64,000 bases of DNA from positions 233,798-297,797 of the forward strand of contig CAVTWY010000002.1 of NCBI GenBank assembly GCA_963738575.1, written 5' to 3'. Under the pieces are notes generated by a model. The model was not told the origin of the DNA. It did not search any database and saw only the letters and a list, made by a program, of their open reading frames with translations. Positions 19,976-29,161 of this stretch are shown here, piece after piece. This stretch comes from an uncultured beta proteobacterium. Its GTDB lineage: Bacteria > Pseudomonadota > Gammaproteobacteria > Burkholderiales > Burkholderiaceae_C. Position numbers and translations under genes: made by a program. The first letter of the stretch is position 1; the number at the start of each line of letters is the position of its first letter.

Positions 19976-21232
19976 ATGCGCTTCATCATGGTCACCGTGC
20001 TGCTGGACATGATCGCCATCGGCATCATCGTGCCGGTGTTGCCCGCGTTGGTGGGGCAGTTTGTCAGCAGCCCCACCGAGCAAACCAAGTGGTACGCGTG
20101 GTTGGTGTTCATTTTCAGCGCGGCGTCGTTCTTTGCCACGCCGTTGCTTGGCGCGCTGTCGGACCGGTACGGTCGCCGCCCGATTTTGCTGTTAGGTTTT
20201 GCGGGGCTGGCGATCAATTTCTTCATCACGGCGTTTGCGACCAGCCTGTGGATGCTGGTGCTGTCGCGCGTCATCGGTGGTGGCATGCAGGCCAACGCGG
20301 CGGTGGCCAACGCCTACGTGGCCGACATCACGCCGCCTGAGAAACGCGCCAAACGGTTTGGGTTGCTGGGTGCGATGTTTGGCTTGGGCTTCATCCTAGG
20401 CCCGATGTTGGGTGGGCTTGTTGGGGGCCATCAATTTGCAGTTGCCGTTTGTTGCGGCCGGGGTGCTTGGCTTGCTTGAACTTGATCTACGGCTACTTTG
20501 TCTTGCCGGAGTCGCTGAGCCAACATTGCGTCGCCCGGTCACCTGGGCCAGCGCAAACCCGTTCACGTCGATCAAGCGCTTAGCACAGCTTAAAGGCGTG
20601 GGCATGTTGGTGGCAGTGATTGCGTTTTCTGGCGTGGCGCAGTTCATTCTCTACACCACCTGGGTGCTGTACACCACGTACAAATTCGGTTGGTCCACGG
20701 TGGAAAACGGCTGGTCGCTGTTCGCGTTGGGTTGATGAGCGTCATCGTGCAAGGCTGGTTGCTGGGCAAGCTGCTCAAGCGTTTTCACCTGCAGCGATTG
20801 GCGGTGATGGCGTTGATCTCGTCCAGCGCCTGGCCTACCTTTTTACGGCTTGGTGCCCGAGGGCTGGATGTTGTTTGTGGTGGTGGGGTTAACGTGCTTG
20901 GGTTTACACCTTGCAAGCCACGTTCAAAGCTTGGTGTCGCAGGCCGCCGACGCTGCAACCCAGGGCCAAACGTTGGGGGCTTTGAGTGGACTGAACAGTT
21001 TGATGTCGGTGCATCGCACCGTCGATTGGCGGCCCTTTGCTGGTCTTGGTGGCCGACATGCCGCAGAGGCGATTGGCGGCTTGGTTTGCCCATGTACGCT
21101 TGCGCGCTGCTGCAAGCCACCGCGCTGCTGTTTGCTTGGCGGCACTTTCGGTCGCGGCCCGCTGTGCCAGGCGCTGCTGTCGGCGCGGGCAGCCGGGACT
21201 CGCACAGCCCTGAGGCAACTCCTTTTGTTTGA
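19976..21232 (+). pseudogene. TetA-like (DHA1) MFS efflux transporter, heavily frameshifted
   Basis: N-terminus MRFIMVTVLLDMIAIGIIVPVLP and GALSDRYGRRP motif A. Recognisable continuations (NLIYGYFVLPESL, VGLMSVIVQGWLLGKLLKRF, LVPEGWMLFVVVG, QSLVSQAADAATQGQTLGALSGLNSLMSV) hop between all three frames, which implies about 8 indels. Confidence 0.7.
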
Positions 21233-21255
21233 TCGACTTTGGTTGAGGTTCTCCC

Positions 21256-22855
21256 ATGCACGACAAGATCCTGATCCTCGACTTCGGCTCCCAAGTGACG
21301 CAGCTGATTGCGCGGCGCATCCGCGAGGCCAACGTCTATTGCGAGATCCACCCCAACGACGTCAGCGACGACTTTGTGCGCAGCTTTTGCGCCCAAGGGC
21401 ATCATGCTGTCGGGTAGTCATGCCAGTACCTACGAAGAGCAAGACTTGCGTGCTCCGCAAGCGGTGTGGGACTTGGGCGTTCCCGTGCTGGGTATTTGTT
21501 ATGGCATGTTCACGATGACCGTGCAATTGGGCGGCCAGGTCGAGGCCAGTGCGCACCGCGAGTTTGGGTACGCCGAGGTGCGAGCGCAAGGGCACACCAA
21601 GCTGCTGAACGGCATCCAAGACTTCAGCACGCCCGAGGGCCACGGCATGCTCAAAGTGTGGATGAGCCACGGTGACAAGGTCACAGCCATGCCCGCAGGG
21701 TTCAAGTTGATGGCGTCCACCCCCAGTTGCCCCATCGCTGGAATGGCCGACGAGGCCCGAGGCTACTACGCGGTGCAGTTTCACCCCGAAGTCACCCATA
21801 CCGTACAAGGCGAAACTTTGCTTGACCGCTTTGTGCTCGGCATTGCTAACGCCAAGCCCGACTGGGTGATGCGTGACCATATCGCCGAAGCCGTGGCCTT
21901 GATTCGCCAACAAGTGGGCGACGAAGAGGTCATCCTGGGCTTGTCAGGCGGTGTGGATTCCAGTGTCGCCGCCGCGCTGATCCACCGCGCGATTGGTGAC
22001 CAGCTCACCTGCGTGTTTGTGGATCACGGCCTGCTGCGTTTGGACGAAGGCAAGGCCGTGATGGACATGTTTGCCGGCAAGCTGCACGCCAAGGTGGTGC
22101 ACGTGGACGCCAGCGCGCAGTTCCTCGGCCACTTGGCAGGCGTTGCAGACCCCGAGGCCAAACGCAAGATCATCGGGCGCGAATTTGTCGAGGTGTTCAA
22201 AGCCGAAGCCGCCAAGCTCCAAGGCAGCGGCAACAAGGGCGCCAAGTGGTTGGCCCAAGGCACCATCTACCCAGACGTGATCGAGTCCGGCGGTGCCAAA
22301 ACCAAAAAAGCCGTCACCATCAAAAGCCATCACAACGTGGGTGGCTTGCCGGAGCAGCTGGGCCTGAAGCTGCTCGAGCCCTTGCGCGACCTATTCAAAG
22401 ACGAGGTTAGGGAGCTGGGCGTCGCCCTGGGCCTACCGCGCGAGATGGTCTACCGCCACCCGTTCCCCGGCCCAGGCCTGGGCGTGCGCATCCTGGGTGA
22501 AGTGAAGAGCAGCTACGCCGACTTGCTGCGCCGCGCCGACGCCATCTTCATCGACGAGCTGCGCGCCCACATCGACCCAGCCGACGGTAAAAGCTGGTAC
22601 GACAAAACATCCCAGGCCTTTGCTGTGTTCTTGCCCGTCAAGAGCGTGGGCGTGATGGGCGACGGCCGCACCTACGACTACGTCGTGGCCCTGCGCGCCG
22701 TGCAAACCAGCGACTTCATGACGGCTGACTGGGCGGAGCTGCCGTATGCGCTGCTTAAAAAGGTTAGCTCGCGCATCATCAACGAGGTGCGGGGGATCAA
22801 CCGGGTGACGTATGACGTGTCGAGCAAGCCGCCGGCGACGATCGAATGGGAATGA
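21256..22855 (+). CDS. guaA: GMP synthase (glutamine-hydrolysing) GuaA, one frame break near the 5' end
   Basis: [33 protein letters not shown] starts at ATG 21256. The frame then switches at the T4 run 21385-21388 into ORF 21308..22855 ([16 protein letters not shown]-loop, C-terminal PPATIEWE). Confidence 0.93.
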
Positions 22856-23290
22856 TCCAAGATCGTCCCACGGTGTCTGCGGCCATCCCAGAACAATCCG
22901 ATTTCGCAGTGAGGACAAGGACTTAGCGTCCAAAGGCGTCCCACCCGATCCAGCGCCGTCCCAGGCGTCCTGACGGTTGATTTGACGGTATCCGAGCACC
23001 TACGCTGGCAGGCCGGCCGCCACGAGCCGGTGGTGCGTCACGCGCAGCGATCCCACCTGGCCTACGGCATGGATGTGCGCTGGAGGAAGCGCGGCTGCTG
23101 CTCGCACGGGCGCGTGTCAGACCACCGGCCTGTCTGGGTCGAGGCCCGCCAGTCGGTCCATGGACTCGCCGCCCGGGAGCAGTCGCACGGTCGATGTTGC
23201 CTTCGCGGTGAACCACGCCTGAGCGTGCCGGGATCGGCCTTCTGGCCGAGCAACTTCGACTCTCGGCCCACCGGCTGCGCCGAAGTCGCT

Positions 23291-23698
23291 TCAGACCAGC
23301 AACTCCACCGGCGGCGTCAGCGCGAGACCCTTTGCCCGCTTCGCCAGTCGTTGGTCGAATGTCGCGAATCCGGAAGCACGCGAACTGCGCGCCAGGTGCA
23401 GCGCATCAGCGAAATCGAGACCCTTGTCGAACGCATCGACCGCCACCAGGACCGCGTCGCGATCTTCGAGCGTGATGTGCTCGATGCTCGCCAGCGCGCG
23501 CAACACGCGGGAAATGTCCCTCGTTGGCAGTTCATAGAACCCGCGCATGACCCATTCCAGTTCAAGCAACACGGTCACCGAGACGAACGATCGTTCGGCG
23601 AGCGCTGCGACGGCCGCGGGCCGCTGTTTGGCAGCCTGTGCATCGTCGGCATCATCGACGAAGAACCGCGCCAAGACGTTCGTATCCAGGGCCCTCAT
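23291..23698 (-). CDS. vapC: PIN-domain toxin VapC
   Basis: 135 aa beginning MRALDTNVLARFF (first PIN acidic residue) with later acidic positions (LLELEW, FADALH). The ATG overlaps the upstream antitoxin stop (ATGA). Confidence 0.85.
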   Translation of the reverse strand: MRALDTNVLARFFVDDADDAQAAKQRPAAVAALAERSFVSVTVLLELEWVMRGFYELPTRDISRVLRALASIEHITLEDRDAVLVAVDAFDKGLDFADALHLARSSRASGFATFDQRLAKRAKGLALTPPVELLV

Positions 23699-23958
23699 GG
23701 CTTGCCGCGCCGCGAACGGGCCAGCAGCGACGCAGGGTCGAAATCCTCCAGGCGGCGTGGAACACCGCGCGCTGGCGCCTTGACCATGCCCGCCATGCCG
23801 GTCATGTCGGCCGTCGCGACCGAACGTACGACGCGCAGCTTCAGCCCGTCCGATTCTTCGAGCACCTCGATCCTGGCGCCTGCACCCATCCCGAGCCGGC
23901 GCCGCAATTCGGCCGGCAACACGATCTGGCCTTTCGAGGAGACTAGGAGCGTCGACAT
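23695..23958 (-). CDS. vapB: AbrB/SpoVT-type antitoxin VapB
   Basis: MSTLLVSSKGQIVLPAELRRRLGMGAGARIEV is a typical SpoVT/AbrB swapped-hairpin motif. The maximal ORF starts at 23979. It is coupled to vapC by a 4-nt overlap. Confidence 0.8.
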   Translation of the reverse strand: MSTLLVSSKGQIVLPAELRRRLGMGAGARIEVLEESDGLKLRVVRSVATADMTGMAGMVKAPARGVPRRLEDFDPASLLARSRRGKP

Positions 23959-23988
23959 GTTGGTTTCCAGACTGAACAATCGGATCTC

Positions 23989-24017
23989 ATCATAGTACGG
24001 CTTACGTGGTAAGTCAA
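23989..24017 (-). promoter_or_regulatory. Near-consensus sigma70 promoter of vapBC with a palindromic operator in the spacer
   Basis: On the minus strand: TTGACT (24017-24012), a 17-nt spacer, then TATGAT (23994-23989). The spacer contains the perfect palindrome CTTAC-GTG-GTAAG (24001-24013). Confidence 0.6.
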
Positions 24018-24089
24018 AGGCTCAGCGACCCTGTGCTCACCCCGAACCACGGCTGTGCGCCTGGGGACGCCCGTTGTCAATGATCAAGA

Positions 24090-24410
24090 TCGCCTTTTGG
24101 CCGTCCGCTTTGCGACCTCGAATCGGATGGGACGAAGTTTCGCTCAGAGTCGACCCGAGACGCGCGGAACGGACGCAAGCAGTCTTTCGTTGCTGGCTCA
24201 CGAGGGTTCCTGCGGCACGGATACCATCACACGACCCTCGAGTTGAGGTCTACCGTTGTTGTCGTCGCTAACCGACGCTATGAGATCCTCAAGGGCGAGT
24301 ACGCGCAGGTAGGGGCCGGAAGCCCTGGCGCCCAAGATCGCCGATGGCCTGAAAGTTCGCGCTCGGGAGCAGGAGAGGATGGCTGCGGCGTTTCGAGTGG
24401 CTGGCTGATC
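24090..24410 (+). pseudogene. Decayed fragment of a thiamine-diphosphate enzyme (C-terminal TPP-binding domain)
   Basis: One frame reads VAGSRGFLRHGYHHTTLELRSTVVVVANRRYEILKGEY. This resembles the GDGSF...LPVxxVVxNNxxYG block of ALS/benzoylformate-decarboxylase-type enzymes. There is no intact ORF and the flanks change frame. Confidence 0.35.
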
Positions 24411-24627
24411 AGGCGGTTGATCTTCAGTGTTTTTCTAATGAGGGACGTACCCCGCCGCGCTCCCGCCGCGTAACGACAGGAAGCGCGTAAGATTGCGGCC
24501 CTACAATGCCTAAAATACAGTGCATTATTATATTATTTACCTAATTTTGCTGATCTTCTTGCCAGCAATGCTGACTTGCAAAATATGTGGAAAGAAGCCT
24601 AAGATAGCAGGGCGTTAATTACAGAGA

Positions 24628-24972
24628 ATGCCTAATTTAATGAGCAAATTCTTGATTCCACTGCAAGCCACCGAGCAGGTTGCCCAGCTGGGTCAGCGCA
24701 TCCGGGTGGCGCGGATTCGGCGCGGCTGGTCGGTCGCCGATCTCGCCAGCAAGGCGGGTATCAACCGAAACACCCTCACGGCGCTGGAACTCGGTAAGCC
24801 AGGCACGGCGGTCGGCGTGTGCTTCACAGTACTGTGGGCACTCGGCCTGGACAAGTCTCTGGACGCTGTTGCGGATCCCGACAGCGATCTCCACGGCAAG
24901 GCGCTCGAAGCGTCGCGCCGCCCCACGCGGGCGGGCAAGGCCCGAAAGGCGCGCGACGACTATGACTTCTGA
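24628..24972 (+). CDS. XRE-family HTH protein, putative HipB-like antitoxin
   Basis: LGQRIRVARIRRGWSVADLASKAGINRNTLTALELG is a classic Cro/C1 HTH, followed by a basic C-terminal tail. It is preceded by a 34% GC promoter-like stretch, and the next gene's ATG lies 11 nt inside it. Confidence 0.85.
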   Translation: MPNLMSKFLIPLQATEQVAQLGQRIRVARIRRGWSVADLASKAGINRNTLTALELGKPGTAVGVCFTVLWALGLDKSLDAVADPDSDLHGKALEASRRPTRAGKARKARDDYDF

Positions 24973-26236
24973 GCGCGAAGCCTATGTCTATATTCAGCTA
25001 CCCGGCACGTTAGAAACGGTGCCGGCGGCGCTGCTCAGGGTGCAGACGCTGCCCGACGGCACGCAGATGGGCGGTTTCGCTACGGCGACCGCTACCTTCA
25101 ACGCCAAGAGGCAGTTGCACTCGATCCGTTCCAACTGCCTCTTGCCAAGGAAGTCTTCGAGTTCACCCGGCTCAAGGGGATTCCCGGTGCGGTTCGAGAC
25201 GCTGGCCCCGACGCCTGGGGACGGCGCGTGATCGAGCACAAGCTCGAGCGCAGCGCGGCTGACCTCCAGGAAATCGACTATTTGCTGCATGGGCCGCAAG
25301 ACGGGGCAGGCTACCTGAGCTTCGGGCTAAAGGCCGAACCGCCTGCACCCAAGCGCCAGTACAACCGCACGCACCAACTGGCCGAACTGATCGCGGCCAC
25401 GCAGGCGATCGACGAGGGGCGCCCAGTGGCCGCCCATCTGCTCGAACAGCTCGATCCTGGCACCAGCATGGGTGGTGCGCGGCCGAAGGCCACGATCGAG
25501 GACGCGCAAAGTCTCTGGCTCGGCAAGTTTCCAGCCAGAGGTGACCGCTTCAATCTGCAGCGCGTCGAGTTCGCGACGCTCGACCTGGCACGCCGATGCG
25601 GCCTGAACGTCACACAAGCCCGGCTGGAGGCGGTTGGCGACGAGCGACGTGCTGATGCTGCAGCGTTTTGATCGCCAGTACGACGAAACACGCACCGACA
25701 AGGGCTACCTGCGTTTCGGTCTCGTCAGCGGCCTGACCGTGCTCGACTGCGGCGATAGCCACCTGGACCGGGAACGCTGGTCCTACCCGTTGCTGGCCGA
25801 CAACCTGCGCCGCTGGTCCGAAAAACCGGAAGCCGACTGCGCCGAACTGTTCAGGCGGATGGTCTTCAATGCCGCCGTGACCAACAACGATGATCATCCT
25901 CGCAACCACGCCCTGCTGCGCAGGCAGAAGGGATGGCGGCTGTCGCCGGCCTACGACCTCGTGCCCGCCCCGTCGTCAGCCTGGAGCGGCGCGACCTGGC
26001 GTTGACGGTCGGCAACTACGGTCGCACGGCCAGCATCTACAACCTGCTGTCGCAGGCGGGGCGTTTCGGTTTGTCGGCGGAAGAGGCGCGCGGGCAAATC
26101 GATCAGACTCGTCGATGTCGTCCGGCATTGGCGCGACAGCTTCTTCGCCTGTGGCGTATCGGCCAAGGACATCGACTACATCGCCCCGGCCATCCTGCCT
26201 GACTGTTTCTTCTTCGAAAGGCGACCCGATGCGTGA
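24962..26236 (+). pseudogene. hipA: HipA-family Ser/Thr kinase toxin, four frame breaks
   Basis: HipA N-terminal block (EAYVYIQLPG...GGF|RYGDRYL...LDPFQLPL), GGARPKATI (GGxQPK-like) and the catalytic NNDDHPRNHALL are present. They are split over ORFs 24680.., 25228.., 25634.., 25933.. and a last frame ending TGA 26234-26236. Shifts lie near 25078, 25645, 25970 and 26110. Confidence 0.8.
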
Positions 26237-26439
26237 GTAGCCCCGCGGACAACTACAAGGGCTTCACGGACTTGGCCACCGCTCAGGTCCAAGGCACCGA
26301 TTACCGAGTCCATGTGCGGGCGAACGTCGGTTCGACCGTCGCCGTGATAGCCCCCCATGGTGGCGAGCAACGAGCAGTACACATCGGCGTTGACCATCGA
26401 GTGGGAGTCGGCGCGGGAGTGTATTTCCTTGAACGAGTG
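26233..26439 (+). pseudogene. N-terminal fragment of a DUF867 / poly-gamma-glutamate hydrolase-like protein, truncated by IS66
   Basis: SPADNYKGFTDLATAQVQGTDYRVHVRANVGSTVAVIAPHGG matches my recollection of the DUF867 N-terminus (..F.EL...E..G.DY.I......V.V.APHGGGIE). The family call is from memory and not searched. The GTG overlaps the hipA stop, and the reading frame runs into the IS end at 26440. Confidence 0.55.
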
Positions 26440-26488
26440 GTAAGTGTCAGACAGACTAGGTTCCCACGTAGCAGGAGGTGGGAACGTG

Positions 26489-26947
26489 ATGTCAGAGGGG
26501 ATGCAGGATTTGGCGCGGCGCCTGGTGCTCAGGCGCAAGAGCGATGGTCGCGGGGTATACGACGAGGCGGCGAAGGCGGAGCTGGTGGCGGCGTGCGCCA
26601 AGCCGGGGGTATCGATGTCGCGGCTAGCGCGCGAGTGCGGGGTGAATGCGAACCAGCTCAGTCGCTGGGTACGCGAGGCTGGGGAGCGTCGCCAGCGTGG
26701 GGTGGCGGCACCGGCGCTGCGCGAGGTGTTTGTGGCGGTGCCCATCGAGGCTGCTGGTGTGAAGCCCAGGGCGATGCAAGGCAACCAGGCCCGAGCGCTG
26801 GGCCAAGAGAGATCAACGCGCCTGGGCCTGCGCGTGCACCTGCCCAACGGCGTGGAGATCGAGATGTGCGAGTGCGAGTTGCGCCAACTCGGTGAAGTGC
26901 TCGAAGCGCTGGGGAGGGCACGGTGTTTCGCCTCGACCCAGCGCTGA
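26489..26947 (+). CDS. tnpA: IS66 accessory protein TnpA (Orf1)
   Basis: MSEGMQDLARRLVLRRKSDGRGVYDEAAKAELVAACAKPGVSMSRLARECGVNANQLSRWV is the HTH-containing IS66 Orf1 pattern, and it sits first in the element. Confidence 0.8.
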   Translation: MSEGMQDLARRLVLRRKSDGRGVYDEAAKAELVAACAKPGVSMSRLARECGVNANQLSRWVREAGERRQRGVAAPALREVFVAVPIEAAGVKPRAMQGNQARALGQERSTRLGLRVHLPNGVEIEMCECELRQLGEVLEALGRARCFASTQR

Positions 26948-27273
26948 AGGTGTACCTGCACCGGGAGCCCGTTGACTTCCGGCGCAGCATCAACGGCCTG
27001 GCGCTGCTGGTGGAGAAGGCCTTGGGGCTGGATCCGTTTGCGCGGTGCGTGTATGTGTTCGGCAACCGCCAGCGCAACCGGGTGAAGATTCTGGGGTGGG
27101 AGCGCAACGGGTTTTGGTTGCTGCTCAAGCGCCTGGAGCAAGATCGCTTCATCTGGCCGGGTGAAGACGCGGTGCCGAGCTTGACGGTGGAGCAGCTGCA
27201 CTGGCTGCTCGAGGGCATTGACATCGGGGTGGTGCAGCGCCACCCCAAGCGGCTGTACGAGCGCGTGGCCTGA
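26923..27273 (+). CDS. tnpB: IS66 accessory protein TnpB (Orf2)
   Basis: 116 aa: MFRLDPALKVYLHREPVDFRRSINGLALLVE...VFGNRQRNRVKILGWERNGFWLLLKRLE, the characteristic IS66 Orf2 sequence. Confidence 0.9.
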   Translation: MFRLDPALKVYLHREPVDFRRSINGLALLVEKALGLDPFARCVYVFGNRQRNRVKILGWERNGFWLLLKRLEQDRFIWPGEDAVPSLTVEQLHWLLEGIDIGVVQRHPKRLYERVA

Positions 27274-27430
27274 AGCACCCAAGCCAAGGCAGCACACAGA
27301 CCAGCGTGAGCGTGAGCGCAGAAGATGCGCACCACTGTACGGGTTGGTTGCGCGAGGTGGGCACTGTTACGCGCTAGATGCGAAGATTGCAGCCCCTCAA
27401 GGCACGCGTCGGTGATGACAATGCGCGCCA

Positions 27431-29096
27431 ATGATGCACATGCCCACTGTCCGAAGAGATTCACGCGCTGAAGTCAACGCGTTGGCTGCAGGCGCTGGGC
27501 GAGCTCAGCGGTGATGCAAGGCGAGCTCGGCGTCACGCAAGACGAACTCAACATGACGCAAGGCGAGTTGCGCGTGACTGCGCATCGAGCGCGATCTGCT
27601 CAAGGAGCAGCTCAACCGCTTCAAGCGCCAGCTCTTTGAGGCCAAGAGCGAGAAGCTGGGCGAAGCCGGCACCGCGCACCAGAAGGATCTGTTCTTCAAC
27701 GAGGCCGAGATCGAAGGCGCGAAGGCCCAGCCTGCCGCCGCCGAGAGAGAAGAGCGACAGACAGAAGATCGAGGTGCCCGCCCACAAGCGCACCCAGCGC
27801 GGACGCAAGCCCCTGGATGCGGCACTGACGCGTGAGGTGGTGCGCCACGAGCTGCCCCAAGAGTGAGCGCGTGTGCCCGCATGACGGCGCCGCCTTGAGC
27901 GAGATTGGCGTGGAGGTCAGCGAGCAGCTGGACATCGTGCCGCAGCAGGTGCGCGTGATCCGGCATGAGCGGGTGAAGTACGCCTGCCCGTGCTGCGATG
28001 GGGGCTTGCGCTTGGCGACGAAACCGCAGCAGGTGATCCCCAAGGGCTTGCTCAGCGAAGCGGCGCTGGCTTGGGTGATCACGGCCAAGTACCTCGACGG
28101 GCTGCCGCTGTACCGGCAGGCGGCGTTGCTGGGGCGCTTCGGCGGCACGAGCCTGTCGCGCAACACGCTGGCCGCCAGCGTGGTGCGGGTGGGCCAGGCG
28201 GTGCAGCCGGTGATCAACCTGCTGCGCGACGCGCTGCTGGAGTCGGCGTGGTGCACGGCGACGAGACCGAGGTGCAAGTGCTCAAGGAGCCGGGGCGCCG
28301 GGCGCAGGCCAAGAGCTACATGTGGGTGCAGATGAGCCAGGCCAGCGGCGCACAGGGCACCGGGCCACCCATCCGGCTCTTCGGCTACGCCCCCAGCCGC
28401 AGCACGCAGGCGGCCAGAACACTGTACGAGGGCATGACCCCTGGGGGTGCGCTGATGAGCGACGGCTACGAGCCCTATGCGGCCATCGCCGCGCAACACC
28501 AGCTCGTGCACCTGGGGTGCTGGGCGCACTGTCGCCGCTACTTCCATGACGCGCTGCAAGCCTTGCCCAAGGACCAACGCGGGCCGCAGCAGCTGCCTGC
28601 GCGCTTCATCGAACTCATCGCAGGGCTGTACAAGGTGGAGGCTGAGGCGCGAGGCGACAACTTGGATGCTGCGGCACTGCTACAAAAGCGCAGGCTGCAC
28701 AGCGCGCCGGTGTTGGCGCAACTCCAGGCCCTGGCGCTGCAGCACCTGCACGGCGTGCTGCCGGGCAGCCTGCTGGGCAAGGCGCTGCACTACCTCACCG
28801 CGCAGTGGCCCAAGCTTGCACGCTTCGTCGACGATGGTCGCTACCCCATTGACAACAACGACTGCGAAAACGCCATCAGGCCGTTCGTCATCGGGCGCCG
28901 CAACTGGCTCTTCGCCGACACGGTGGCGGGCGCCAACGCCAGCGCCAACCTGTACTCGCTGCTGCAGACCTGCAAAGCCAACGGCATCGACGGCTACGGG
29001 TACCTCAAGGCGCTGCTCGTCGAGCTGCCCAAAGCAAAAACTGTCGACGACTTCGACGCCTTGCTGCCTTGGCGGATATCGCTCAACGATCACTGA
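27431..29096 (+). pseudogene. tnpC: IS66 DDE transposase TnpC, at least four frame breaks
   Basis: Leucine-zipper-like N-terminus (QGELGVTQDELNMTQGELRV, ERDLLKEQLNRFKRQLFEAKSEKL), zinc-ribbon CPHDG...CPCCDG, HGDETEVQVL, and LGCWAHCRRYF...DNNDCENAIRPFVIGRRNWLF. The pieces lie in ORFs 27636.., 27832.., 27990.. and an unlisted frame. Shifts lie near 27583, 27750, 27860 and 28248. Confidence 0.85.
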
Positions 29097-29161
29097 TCGC
29101 TTCCTGCCTCGGGCACAAGGGCGTGGTTGATTGAGCGCTTACGACCTTCAAGGCATGGTTT

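Larger units (their letters stand above)
26440..29142 (+). mobile_element. IS66-family insertion sequence (2703 bp)
   Basis: It has the tnpA-tnpB-tnpC organisation. The ends are GTAAGTGTCAGACAGAC... (left) and ...GTTGATTGAGCGCTTAC (right), which are imperfect inverted repeats of the GTAAGCG type typical for IS66. Confidence 0.85.

Noticed and set aside
22982-23995. 337-aa plus-strand ORF across the vapBC locus
   Set aside because: It is antisense to intact, motif-bearing vapC and vapB. The sequence is Arg/Ser-rich and not protein-like.
26176-27464. 373-aa and 268-aa minus-strand ORFs inside the IS66 element
   Set aside because: They are antisense to the clearly recognisable tnpA and tnpB, so they are shadow ORFs.
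26432-29150. 8-bp target-site duplication flanking the IS66 element
   Set aside because: The flanks AACGAGTG and GACCTTCA do not match. Shifting the ends by a few nt does not produce a repeat either.
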